Part shown: positions 28,385-37,865 of the stretch, in pieces
Layout of the letters: every line of letters begins with the position of its first letter
Numbering within the stretch: position 1 is the first letter of the stretch
Virus record (IMG/VR): IMGVR_UViG_3300024270_002537
From: an uncultured virus (IMG/VR IMGVR_UViG_3300024270_002537)
Taxonomy: Duplodnaviria > Heunggongvirae > Uroviricota > Caudoviricetes
Reading direction: 5' to 3' (one strand)
Length of the DNA: 64,000 bases
Translations under genes and position numbers: made by a program
The notes under the pieces: model-generated
Told to the model about the DNA's origin: nothing
Seen by the model: the letters and a program-made list of their open reading frames with translations, nothing else
Database searches by the model: none

Positions 28385-29542
28385 ATGAACGAATTAGAGT
28401 TAGCAAGAAAAAATGAAATATTAAAGGCAATGACAGCGACAGAATTGGCACCGTTAGCTGTTAATAATGAAATCAATGTGCAGACATATAGTAAAATGCC
28501 TCTTTCAAGAATAACAGCATTGGGTACAGGGCTTGAACCTATTGTTGCGGCAGTACAGCAAGTAACAAGTAATGGGCAAGCAGTAAGTGGTTATTACAAA
28601 GTTACAATTCCAAAAGGAACACAGTTAGCTCAATTTAAGGATGGAACAGGTTTTCTCGGAACTGCTCTTGGAGAACAGGGAATAGCAGGGCAAGCAAGAC
28701 TGAATCCTTTGGTGTGTGATCCGACTATGCTTTTGGTAGCAGCAACACTTGCGAACATAGATAAGAAATTGGATGCTATTCAGGAAACACAGCAGGAGAT
28801 GTTGGACTTTATTGCCCAGAAAGAAAAGTCTGCGCTTAAAGCCGATTTGGATTTTTTGATGGACATTTACAACAATTACAAATATAACTGGAATAGTGAT
28901 AAATATAAAACAGCTAATCATAATAAAGCACTGGATATTCGTCAAAGTGCCGGACGCCAGATAGACTTTTATAGAGAACAAATTAAGAAGAGACTTAGCA
29001 AGAAGGCCTTTCTACATAGTGACCAGGATGTGAAAAAGCAGCTTTCTCGTGTTCAGGAAGAATTTAAGGAATATCAGTTGGCTTTGTATTTGTACGGGTT
29101 TGCTTATTTTCTGGAGGTCATGTTACAGGAAAATTTTGCAGCAGATTATTTAGCAGCTATTTCAAAAAAGATAGACATGTTAGCATTACAGTATCGTGAA
29201 CTTTATACTTTGGCATATACCCAGATTGAGGATCTTTCTAAATCTTCCTTGCAATCGAAACTATTCACTGGTTTGTCAGCTGTAAATAAAGTGGCAGGTG
29301 AAACCATTGCGAAAATTCCGGTTATTAGTAAATCTCAGATAGATGAAGCGTTGATTGAGACTGGACAGAAAATCGGTACATATGAAGCAAAAAGAATACA
29401 GGGTACTATGAAACAACTTGTAGATAGACAGAGTAGTTGTGTTCGTCCATTCATTGATAACATAGAAAAGATAAATCAGCTTTATAATGAGCAAATGACA
29501 CTGATTTTCAATGATGAAACTCTGTATATCGGGGCTGAATAA
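28385..29542 (+). CDS. hypothetical moron protein (helical, AT-rich)
   Basis: 385-aa ORF, RBS GGAGGG, upstream TGTTATAAT. Confidence 0.8.
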   Translation: MNELELARKNEILKAMTATELAPLAVNNEINVQTYSKMPLSRITALGTGLEPIVAAVQQVTSNGQAVSGYYKVTIPKGTQLAQFKDGTGFLGTALGEQGIAGQARLNPLVCDPTMLLVAATLANIDKKLDAIQETQQEMLDFIAQKEKSALKADLDFLMDIYNNYKYNWNSDKYKTANHNKALDIRQSAGRQIDFYREQIKKRLSKKAFLHSDQDVKKQLSRVQEEFKEYQLALYLYGFAYFLEVMLQENFAADYLAAISKKIDMLALQYRELYTLAYTQIEDLSKSSLQSKLFTGLSAVNKVAGETIAKIPVISKSQIDEALIETGQKIGTYEAKRIQGTMKQLVDRQSSCVRPFIDNIEKINQLYNEQMTLIFNDETLYIGAE

Positions 29543-29556
29543 GAGTAGGTAAGGCT

Positions 29557-29715
29557 ATGGAACCAAAATTGTATGAGACCATAAAATTAAAAGACGGGAG
29601 AGAAGCTACTATTGTAGAAATTCTAGGCTCTGATTATATCGTAGATGTGGGTAGTTCACCAGAGGATTGGGATACAATATTAGTAAAATCAGACGAAGTC
29701 GATGCAAGTAAATAA
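29557..29715 (+). CDS. small acidic hypothetical protein (52 aa)
   Basis: Translated by hand: MEPKLYETIKLKDGREATIVEILGSDYIVDVGSSPEDWDTILVKSDEVDASK. Confidence 0.55.
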   Translation: MEPKLYETIKLKDGREATIVEILGSDYIVDVGSSPEDWDTILVKSDEVDASK

Positions 29716-29733
29716 TAAAATAATTTTTCTGCC

Positions 29734-29768
29734 AGGTTAAAATCTGGCAGTATTTTTTTGCCTGTGAC
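29734..29768 (+). promoter_or_regulatory. bipartite phage promoter motif, copy 2
   Basis: AGGTTAAAA-N14-TTTGCCTGTGAC upstream of the primase. Confidence 0.7.
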
Positions 29769-29825
29769 TCAGAGGGGGAATTGTACCCTTCTGAGTTTTT
29801 TTCATTTTTACAGGAGGAAAGTCGA

Positions 29826-32090
29826 ATGGAATTATTGATTTTTACAGCAAATCAGACAGGAAACAAAAAGAACTGCTATTACCCGAACAGAGTAGTAGCG
29901 AAGAATGCCGCAGAGTTGCAGAAGGCTGTGAGGATGGACCATGTATGTGCAGAGTACCGCAATGATTACAGAAGCAATGCCAACTTCATGCAGTCTGTGG
30001 TGGTAGTGATGGACTGTGACAATGATCATTCCGAACTTCCGGGGGACTGGATGACTCCTGACAAACTGAAAGCCTTATTGCCGACGGTCGCATTTGCGAT
30101 TGCTCCGAGCCGCAACAACATGAAAGAGAAAGACGGGAAACCGGCAAGACCGAGATTTCATGTGTATTTCTTCATTCATGCCATTACTGATTCATCAAAA
30201 TATGCCGCCTTAAAGCGTGCTATCTGGAAACGCTTTCCGTTCTTTGACGGGAATGCTTTGGATGCAGGACGCTTCATTTATGGTGCGGATGCCGGAGAAT
30301 GTATCTGGCATGATGGCGGCACATTGATTGATGACATTGTGACGGTGGAAGAGAGTGAACACGGTTCCTATGACAGCGGTGTAATTCCAGCGGGAATGCG
30401 TAACAGCACACTTTCCAGATTTGCTGGAAGGGTTGTGGTCCGTTATGGGGCAACCGACAAGGCTTATCAGATTTTCAGGGAAGAAGCTATGAAATGTGAT
30501 CCACCACTGGATGAAGAGGAATTGGGTGTTATTTGGAACAGTGCCACAAAGTTTGCAAAGAAGGTACAGGAACAGGAAGATTATGTTTCGCCGGAAGAGT
30601 ATGAGGATGATTTTGCACCGGATTCCCTGAAACCATCGGATTATTCCGATATCGGTCAGGCGAAGGTGCTTACCCGTGAGTATGGGAATGAACTGCGTTT
30701 CTCCACAGCTACAGATTATCTTCGTTTCAATGGTGAATACTGGGTGGAATCCAAACAACAGGCAGTGGGAGCAATGGAAGAGTTCTTAGACTTACAGCTT
30801 CAGGACGCATTGGACGCAGAGGAATATGCCATGAAGGTCATGGTGTCTCTGGGATTTGAAGAAGATGCAGTAAGAAAAGGTGGCAAGAAATTTGAAGAAC
30901 TTCTTTCCACGGATGAGGAAAGAGCCGCATTTGCAGTTTATCAGGCAGCAGTCGCTTATGTGAAGTTTGTGATGAAACGCCGTGATATGAAATATGTGGT
31001 GTCTGCATTACAGGCTGCAAAGCCGATGTTGGAAGTTCAGCCATCGGATTTGGACAGAAACGAATTTCTTCTGAATACACCAAATGCAACCTATTATCTG
31101 CCGGACGGTCTTAGTGGAATGAAAGCACATGACGCTACTGACCTCATCACAAAGCATACCTTAGTGTCTCCGGGGGATGAAGGCAGACAGCTTTGGGAAG
31201 AAGCATTGGATTTATTTTTCTGTGGAGACAAGGAATTGATTGAGTATGTACAGAAGATTGTGGGATTATCTGCAATCGGAAAAGTGTATGTGGAATCCAT
31301 GATTATTGCATACGGAGATGGCCGCAATGGTAAGTCAACCTTCTGGAACTCTATCTCCAGAGTGTTAGGAACATACAGTGGTTCCATGTCTGCGGATGCC
31401 CTGACTGTGGGGTGTAAGAGAAATGTGAAACCGGAAATGGCGGAGCTTAAGGGCAAGCGTCTCATCATTGCTGCAGAGTTGGAAGAGGGAATGCGTCTGA
31501 ACACATCCGTCATCAAACAACTCTGTTCTACGGATGAGATCAGTGCGGAGAAGAAGTACAAAGACCCGTTCCGTTTTATTCCATCACACACATTGGTACT
31601 TTATACCAATCATCTTCCGAGAGTCGGTGCCAATGATGACGGTACCTGGCGAAGACTTGTGGTCATTCCGTTCAATGCCAGAATCGAGGGTAAGAGTGAC
31701 GTGAAGAACTACACGGATTATCTGGTAAAGAATGCTGGTCCGGCTATCATGGCATGGATTATTGAAGGAGCCCAGAAAGCGATTCAGCAGAAATACAAAT
31801 TTGATGTACCGGCCTGTGTGAATGCGGCTATCAAGGCATACCGCGAGAACAATGACTGGCTTGGCGCATTTTTGGATGAATGCTGTGAATTGGACAGTTC
31901 CTATACCCAGAAGTCCGGGGACTTCTATTCTGCATATCGTGCCTATTGCACAAGATGCGGAGAGTATGCAAGAAGTACCACAGATTTTTATTCTGCCATT
32001 GATTCTATCGGACTTACCAGAAAGAAGACGAAAAAAGGCGTGTTCATTAAGGGCGTAAGACTGAAAGAGGAAGAGGATTTTCTGGACTAA
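29826..32090 (+). CDS. P4-family phage primase/helicase (PriCT-1 + D5-like SF3 helicase)
   Basis: MDCDNDH, RPRFHVYF, GMRNSTL, GDGRNGKST, YTNHLP. Confidence 0.92.
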   Translation: MELLIFTANQTGNKKNCYYPNRVVAKNAAELQKAVRMDHVCAEYRNDYRSNANFMQSVVVVMDCDNDHSELPGDWMTPDKLKALLPTVAFAIAPSRNNMKEKDGKPARPRFHVYFFIHAITDSSKYAALKRAIWKRFPFFDGNALDAGRFIYGADAGECIWHDGGTLIDDIVTVEESEHGSYDSGVIPAGMRNSTLSRFAGRVVVRYGATDKAYQIFREEAMKCDPPLDEEELGVIWNSATKFAKKVQEQEDYVSPEEYEDDFAPDSLKPSDYSDIGQAKVLTREYGNELRFSTATDYLRFNGEYWVESKQQAVGAMEEFLDLQLQDALDAEEYAMKVMVSLGFEEDAVRKGGKKFEELLSTDEERAAFAVYQAAVAYVKFVMKRRDMKYVVSALQAAKPMLEVQPSDLDRNEFLLNTPNATYYLPDGLSGMKAHDATDLITKHTLVSPGDEGRQLWEEALDLFFCGDKELIEYVQKIVGLSAIGKVYVESMIIAYGDGRNGKSTFWNSISRVLGTYSGSMSADALTVGCKRNVKPEMAELKGKRLIIAAELEEGMRLNTSVIKQLCSTDEISAEKKYKDPFRFIPSHTLVLYTNHLPRVGANDDGTWRRLVVIPFNARIEGKSDVKNYTDYLVKNAGPAIMAWIIEGAQKAIQQKYKFDVPACVNAAIKAYRENNDWLGAFLDECCELDSSYTQKSGDFYSAYRAYCTRCGEYARSTTDFYSAIDSIGLTRKKTKKGVFIKGVRLKEEEDFLD

Positions 32091-32099
32091 ATCCTAAAA

Positions 32100-32205
32100 G
32101 GGTGGTGGTCAGTTAAGGTCTTAGTAAGAAGTTTCTTATAGAGAGTTTTTTAGTAAAAAATGCTATAAGAGGGTTTTAAGAAATGACTGTCCCAGACCAC
32201 CACCC
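32100..32205. other. candidate replication origin
   Basis: GGGTGGTGGTC ... GACCACCACCC inverted repeat around an AT-rich core with an inner CTTATAG/CTATAAG repeat. Confidence 0.45.
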
Positions 32206-32230
32206 CTAATAAATTTGATGGAGGAATGGC

Positions 32231-32512
32231 ATGAGAGAACGTGAGATTGAAAGAAAATTAGTATCGGCTGTGAAAAGCCGTGGTGGAATATGTCCGAAGT
32301 TTGTTTCTCCCGGATTTGATGGAATGCCAGACCGGGTGGTGCTGCTTCCACATGGGAAGTTTGGATTCGTGGAAGTGAAAAGACCGGGAGAACAGCCAAG
32401 GCCATTACAGACAGCAAGGCACAGACTTTTGAGAAAACTTGGATTTTTGGTGTTTGTATTGGATGGAGAGGAACAGATTGGAGGGATGATTGATGAGATA
32501 CAGTCCGCATGA
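32231..32512 (+). CDS. VRR-NUC domain nuclease
   Basis: GMPDRVVL...FVEVKRPG..PRPLQ. Confidence 0.92.
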   Translation: MREREIERKLVSAVKSRGGICPKFVSPGFDGMPDRVVLLPHGKFGFVEVKRPGEQPRPLQTARHRLLRKLGFLVFVLDGEEQIGGMIDEIQSA

Positions 32513-33866
32513 GTATCAGCGATACGTGATTGATTACATCAAGAAGAATCCCGTGGCAGCAGTCTTCCTTGATATGGGACTTGGCAAGACGAGCATCACA
32601 CTGACTGCCCTGAATGATTTACTGTTTGATAGTTTTGATGTCCACAGGATTTTGGTGGTGGCACCATTAAGGGTTGCAAGAAATACCTGGTCATCGGAAA
32701 TAAAGAAATGGGAACATCTACAGGACTTGCAGTATTCCATAGTGGTTGGTACTGAAAAAGAGAGAATGTCCGCACTGGAGAAAAGGGCAGATATTTATAT
32801 CATCAACCGTGAGAATGTACAGTGGCTGGTGGAAAAGAGTGGAAAGAAATTTGATTATGACATGGTAGTTGTGGATGAGCTGTCATCTTTTAAGAACCAT
32901 GAGGCAAAAAGGTTCCGCGCATTCATGAAGGTCAGACCAAAAGTAAAAAGAATCGTTGGTCTTACCGGTACACCATCCAGTAATGGGTTGATGGATTTGT
33001 TTGCAGAGTTCAAGCTGCTTGATATGGGAGAGAGACTTGGAAGATTCATTGGAGCTTACAGGGCAAATTTCTTCAGGCCAGATAAAATGAATGGTCCAAT
33101 CGTGTACAGCTATAAACCGATTCCCGGAGCAGAGAGCATGATTTATAACCGTATTTCTGACATCACCATTTCCATGAAGGCAACGGATTATTTAAAAATG
33201 CCGGAGTTGGTATCATCCAGATATGAGGTGCAGATGGATGATAAGGAAAAACAGAAATATGAGGAATTTAAGAAAGATTTGGTTCTGGAGATTGAGGACG
33301 GGGAGATTACAGCGGCTAATGCGGCTTCCCTTTCCGGTAAGTTATCCCAGATGGCAAATGGTGCGGTGTATTCTGATGATCTGACTGTTATGCAGATTCA
33401 TGACAGGAAACTGGATGCACTGGAAGACATCATAGAAGCGGCTAATGGGAAACCGGTTCTGGTGGCATATTGGTTCAAGCATGATTTGACCAGAATCACG
33501 GAAAGGCTTAGGAAGCTAAAGGTCATCTACCAGAAACTGGATTCTGATGAAAGTATCCGTAAATGGAATGAGAAAGAGTTACAGGTAGGTCTTATCCATC
33601 CGGCTTCTGCAGGTCATGGACTAAATCTCCAGAGTGGCGGTTCAACAATGGTCTGGTTCGGACTTACATGGAGTCTGGAACTGTATCAGCAGACAGTGGC
33701 CAGACTTTGGAGACAGGGACAGACGGAGAACACAGTTGTCATTCAGCATATTGTGACAGCGGATACCATTGATGAAAGAATCCTGAAAGCACTGGAGCAG
33801 AAAGACAATACCCAGTCAGCCTTGATAGATGCAGTGAAAGCAGAGGTGAGTGGATATGGCATCTAA
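32493..33866 (+). CDS. SNF2-related DEAD/H helicase
   Basis: LDMGLGKT, VVDELS, LTGTP, GHGLNLQ, ARLWRQGQ. Confidence 0.93.
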   Translation: MRYSPHEYQRYVIDYIKKNPVAAVFLDMGLGKTSITLTALNDLLFDSFDVHRILVVAPLRVARNTWSSEIKKWEHLQDLQYSIVVGTEKERMSALEKRADIYIINRENVQWLVEKSGKKFDYDMVVVDELSSFKNHEAKRFRAFMKVRPKVKRIVGLTGTPSSNGLMDLFAEFKLLDMGERLGRFIGAYRANFFRPDKMNGPIVYSYKPIPGAESMIYNRISDITISMKATDYLKMPELVSSRYEVQMDDKEKQKYEEFKKDLVLEIEDGEITAANAASLSGKLSQMANGAVYSDDLTVMQIHDRKLDALEDIIEAANGKPVLVAYWFKHDLTRITERLRKLKVIYQKLDSDESIRKWNEKELQVGLIHPASAGHGLNLQSGGSTMVWFGLTWSLELYQQTVARLWRQGQTENTVVIQHIVTADTIDERILKALEQKDNTQSALIDAVKAEVSGYGI

Positions 33867-34089
33867 GAATTTAGCAGAAAATCCATATGAAAGACTTGCC
33901 AATGCAATCATCATACAGGCATCCAAAGATTATATGACAAGCCTTAGAAAAAAGAAGCGAAATCCGGGAAGTGCATCAGCAGACCATGATATCGGAGAAT
34001 GTGAACGATTTTTCCGTTCCGGTTGGTATCAGGTCCTGACTTCCGTGGATGGAGAGTATTTAATAGCCAAACTGAGAAAAGCAATATGA
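33856..34089 (+). CDS. conserved hypothetical phage protein
   Basis: YERLANAIIIQASKDY...ERFFRSGWY. Confidence 0.8.
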   Translation: MASKNLAENPYERLANAIIIQASKDYMTSLRKKKRNPGSASADHDIGECERFFRSGWYQVLTSVDGEYLIAKLRKAI

Positions 34090-34134
34090 CAATCAGAGTC
34101 AATCCGAGGGAAATAAATTTTCAATCGGAGGTAC

Positions 34135-34557
34135 GTGATGACGGTAAAAGAATATTTGAGTCAGGCATTAAATATTGACAGGAGTATCAACAGTAAATTG
34201 GAACAGGTTGCTTCACTGCATGAGCTGGCAACGAAAGCAACAACCCTGATGTCCGATATGCCGGGAAGTCCAAACAGGAACATTCACAAGATGGAAGATG
34301 CCATTGTGAAGATGGTGGAACTGGAAGATGAAATTTATTCCGACATTCACAGACTAGTGGAGATTAAGACTGACATTACCAGACTGATTAAACGTCTGAG
34401 CAACAGGGACCAACAGCTTATATTGGAGCAGAGATATTTGTGTTTCCGTCCGTGGGAGCAGATTGCAGTAGATTTGGATTACAGTATCCAACACACATTC
34501 CGCATCCATGATATAGCAGTAAAAGAAATTGCAAAATTTCTGGAAGATGAGAGTTAA
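34135..34557 (+). CDS. DUF1492/ArpU-like late transcriptional activator
   Basis: TVKEYLSQA...LEQRYL...WEQIAVDLDYS, located just before the packaging genes. Confidence 0.8.
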   Translation: MMTVKEYLSQALNIDRSINSKLEQVASLHELATKATTLMSDMPGSPNRNIHKMEDAIVKMVELEDEIYSDIHRLVEIKTDITRLIKRLSNRDQQLILEQRYLCFRPWEQIAVDLDYSIQHTFRIHDIAVKEIAKFLEDES

Positions 34558-34678
34558 TGTGATAGAATGAGAGTTCTTATTTATGATATTGTTATACTGA
34601 CGAAAGAAACAAAATGACAGAGAGCCATTGCAGAGAAATTTGCAGTGGCTTTTTTCGTGGGGAGAATGAGGTGATAGG

Positions 34679-35053
34679 ATGCCGAGAAAACCAAAGCGTC
34701 CCTGTTCCCATCCCGGTTGTCCGAATCTGACTGATGGCAGGTTCTGTGAGGAACATACCAGACAGCATAATCAGGACTATGAGAAGTATGAACGAAACAA
34801 GTCCAATAAGAGAAGATATGGCAGAGCATGGAAAAGGATTCGTGATAAATATGTATCACAGCATCCGTTTTGTGAGGTCTGTTATGAAAGAGGAATCTTA
34901 GTGGAGACTGAGGAAGTTCATCATAAGAAACCGTTGAGTGAAGGTGGTACACATGAAAGAGATAATCTGATTGCATTGTGCAAGTCGTGTCACTCAAGGA
35001 TTCATGCAGAGCGTGGAGACCGTTTTGGTTCCAACCGTGAATACACCTACTGA
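34679..35053 (+). CDS. HNH endonuclease (terminase-associated)
   Basis: PFCEVC, EVHHKKP, NLIALCKSCHSRIH. Confidence 0.92.
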   Translation: MPRKPKRPCSHPGCPNLTDGRFCEEHTRQHNQDYEKYERNKSNKRRYGRAWKRIRDKYVSQHPFCEVCYERGILVETEEVHHKKPLSEGGTHERDNLIALCKSCHSRIHAERGDRFGSNREYTY

Positions 35054-35215
35054 TGTGTAAGAAGTTGCACAGGGGTAGGGGCATCGAAATCTCTACAGGT
35101 TGCCCTATAGGGGAACGAGGCGGGGGTATCACGCACAAAAATGGGATTTCAAACAGGGTATATCAAACGATTTCAAAGGAAATCAAAGAAATCAAACGGA
35201 AAGCAGGTGAGGGAC

Positions 35216-35755
35216 ATGGCCAAAGACGGTACGCGAAGAGGCGGTGCCAGAGCTGGTGCGGGCAGAAAGCCCAAAGCACTGACAGACAAAATCAATGAGG
35301 GCATCAGTGCCACAATCATTGAACTGCCGGAGACTCCAACAATGGAAGGTGTCGATGTGCCTCCGGTAAAAGATTATCTGAAAACAAAACAGAAAAGTGG
35401 AAAAGACCTGTGTGCAGCAGAAGTGTTTGAAGAAACATGGAAATGGCTGAAAGCAAGGGGATGTGACAGACTGGTCAGCACGCAGTTAGTGGAACAGTAT
35501 GCCATGTCGGTATCCCGTTGGATTCAGTGTGAGGAATGTATTTCGGAATATGGATTTCTTGCAAAGCATCCGACAACCGGAAATGCCATTGCATCTCCGT
35601 ATGTTGCCATGTCACAGCAGTACATGAAACAGGTCAATCAGGTCTGGTATCAGATTTACCAGATTGTAAAAGAAAACTGTTCCGTGGAATGGCAAGGGGC
35701 AACACCACAGGATGATGTGATGGAAAGATTGCTCAGGACACGGAACGGATCATAG
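35216..35755 (+). CDS. terS: terminase small subunit (P27 family)
   Basis: RGGARAGAGRKPK, HPTTGNAIASPYV. Confidence 0.88.
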   Translation: MAKDGTRRGGARAGAGRKPKALTDKINEGISATIIELPETPTMEGVDVPPVKDYLKTKQKSGKDLCAAEVFEETWKWLKARGCDRLVSTQLVEQYAMSVSRWIQCEECISEYGFLAKHPTTGNAIASPYVAMSQQYMKQVNQVWYQIYQIVKENCSVEWQGATPQDDVMERLLRTRNGS

Positions 35756-35768
35756 GAGGAGGGAAAAA

Positions 35769-36290
35769 ATGGAAGGAACAAAATATTTTCTGATGGAAGT
35801 CGATAAGCTGATTCCTTATGCAAGAAATGCCAGAACGCATTCCGAAGTACAGATTGCCCAGATTGCGGCAAGCATTAAGGAGTTCGGTTTTTTATCGCCG
35901 GTCATCATTTCAAAGGATAACACCATCCTGTGTGGACATGGAAGATATTATGCTGCTCAGAAACTGGGGCTTGAAAAGATTCCATGCATTCAGGAAGAAT
36001 ATCTGACTGAAGCACAGAAGCGTGCGTATATCCTGGCAGATAACAAAATCAGCCAGAATGCCGGATGGGATGAAGACCTGTTAAAGATTGAGATTGCAGA
36101 TTTACAGGGAGAGGATTTTGATGTATCCCTGACCGGTTTTGAGGATTATGAAATCACGGATTTATTTGCAGTCCATGAGGAACATCCACAGGTCGAGAAA
36201 CAGGTGGAAAATAAAGAATACGATGAAGAGGAGTTTGGGGATGAAGAATTTGAACACGAATGTCCGAGATGCGGATTCAAATACAACTAA
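35769..36290 (+). CDS. ParB-N-terminal domain protein with C-terminal CxxC
   Basis: LIPYARNARTH, ILCGHGR, YILADNK, HECPRCG. Confidence 0.85.
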   Translation: MEGTKYFLMEVDKLIPYARNARTHSEVQIAQIAASIKEFGFLSPVIISKDNTILCGHGRYYAAQKLGLEKIPCIQEEYLTEAQKRAYILADNKISQNAGWDEDLLKIEIADLQGEDFDVSLTGFEDYEITDLFAVHEEHPQVEKQVENKEYDEEEFGDEEFEHECPRCGFKYN

Positions 36291-37314
36291 ACACCGCTTT
36301 CCGTGGAAATGGAGACTGTCTGACCTAAAAGATGTGGAGAAGAATGGCAAAAAGGTATTTAGCTGCTTCTCCTGTGGCGGTGGTTCCACGATGGGATATA
36401 AACTTGCCGGTTACACGGTGGTTGGAAACTGTGAGATTGATGAGGATATGGAAGCAATTTATAAGCAGAACCATCATCCGAAGCACACTTATCTCATGGA
36501 TATCCGTGATTTCAACCGTTTGGGAACTTATCCGGATGAATTAAAGAATCTGGATATTCTGGATGGTTCGCCTCCATGCAGTGTGTTCTCTGATGCGGGA
36601 GCAAGGGAGAAAGGCTGGGGTACGGAAAAGACATTCCGTGAAGGTCAGAAGAAACAGCGACTGGATGATCTGTTTTTGCATTTCATCCGTACAGCAGAAA
36701 TATTGAAACCGAAGATTATCATTGCAGAGAATGTAAAAGGTCTGGTGGCCGGTAACGCAAAAGGATATGTCAATGAAATCATCAAAGCATTTAAGTCTGC
36801 CGGATATTCCGTGCAGATTTTTCTTTTGGATGCCCAGACAATGGGCGTGCCACAGAGAAGAAAAAGGGTGTTCTTCATTGCGAAGAGAAATGACCTGAAT
36901 CTTCCAAAGCTGGTACTGGATTTCAGGGAGGAGCCAATTCATTTCGGAGAGGTCAGAAGTGCTCATGGGATTCCGCTGAAGGAGTGCATGATGGCGAGCC
37001 TGATTAAGAAGAGAAAGCCGGGAGATAAATGCTTTTCCGATATTTCCGAACGTGTACGTGGAAAAAGGTCTATGTTCAATGACAGGATTGTGGAAGACCA
37101 CGTGATTGCACCGACCAATACATCCGGTGGGATGAGTGTGAGATTCGTGGATGGGGAGAAATATTCCGATGCAGATTACATTGCGACACAGACATTCCCA
37201 CAGGATTATGATTTCGGAAAAGAATCTGTCCAGTATGTGTGCGGGATGAGTGTTCCGCCGGTTATGATGGCACAGATTGCATCCGCTGTGTATGAGCAGT
37301 GGTTAAGGGACTAA
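36241..37314 (+). CDS. orphan DNA (cytosine-5)-methyltransferase
   Basis: FSCGGG, GSPPCS, AENV, QRRKRVF, GMSVPP. Confidence 0.9.
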   Translation: MKNLNTNVRDADSNTTKHRFPWKWRLSDLKDVEKNGKKVFSCFSCGGGSTMGYKLAGYTVVGNCEIDEDMEAIYKQNHHPKHTYLMDIRDFNRLGTYPDELKNLDILDGSPPCSVFSDAGAREKGWGTEKTFREGQKKQRLDDLFLHFIRTAEILKPKIIIAENVKGLVAGNAKGYVNEIIKAFKSAGYSVQIFLLDAQTMGVPQRRKRVFFIAKRNDLNLPKLVLDFREEPIHFGEVRSAHGIPLKECMMASLIKKRKPGDKCFSDISERVRGKRSMFNDRIVEDHVIAPTNTSGGMSVRFVDGEKYSDADYIATQTFPQDYDFGKESVQYVCGMSVPPVMMAQIASAVYEQWLRD

Positions 37315-37326
37315 GGGGTGGTGTAG

Positions 37327-37662
37327 ATGTCATGGAATATTGATGAGAATTACAAAATCGAAATGACCAAAGGCGATACACCAACTTTTGCATTCGAGAT
37401 TTTTCTGCCGGACGGTTCTGTTTATGAAATAGAAAAAGGCGACAGGGTTGTATTTGCAGCAAAAGCAAACAAGTATGATTCTGAGCCGGCATTTACCATA
37501 GAGGCAGACATGGAATCACAGACCATTGCTTTTAAGGAAGAGCATACAAAGGCACTGGAGATTGGAAAATACATTTGGGAATTATCCCTGAATAAAGAAA
37601 ATGGATATCGCTGTACCTTTATTGCAAACAAGAAATTGAATCTGACAGTGGAGGTGGCGTAG
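37327..37662 (+). CDS. hypothetical Ig-like/BppU-N-terminal-like protein
   Basis: IEMTKGDT...GDRVVFAAK...GKYIWEL. Confidence 0.6.
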   Translation: MSWNIDENYKIEMTKGDTPTFAFEIFLPDGSVYEIEKGDRVVFAAKANKYDSEPAFTIEADMESQTIAFKEEHTKALEIGKYIWELSLNKENGYRCTFIANKKLNLTVEVA

Positions 37663-37664
37663 AG

Positions 37665-37865
37665 ATGGAAAAAGTGAGTGGAACATTAAGCAACGTTCCG
37701 GGAATTGCAAATTATGAGAGCTTGAATGACAAGCCACAGATAAATGGTATGGTACTATCAGGGAATAAAACAGCAAAGGAACTGGGCCTTGCACCAGCAA
37801 GTCAGGTGGAGCAGTTGCAAAAGACGATAGATGGTCTTGTGGATGGAAATGAGGTGGCATACTGA
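37665..37865 (+). CDS. small tail-fibre-repeat-like protein
   Basis: NYESLNDKPQINGMVLSGNKTAKELGL. Confidence 0.6.
   Translation: MEKVSGTLSNVPGIANYESLNDKPQINGMVLSGNKTAKELGLAPASQVEQLQKTIDGLVDGNEVAY

Noticed and set aside
35070..35160. cos site between the HNH gene and terS
   Set aside because: The position and G-rich runs are plausible, but the cohesive end cannot be defined from sequence alone.
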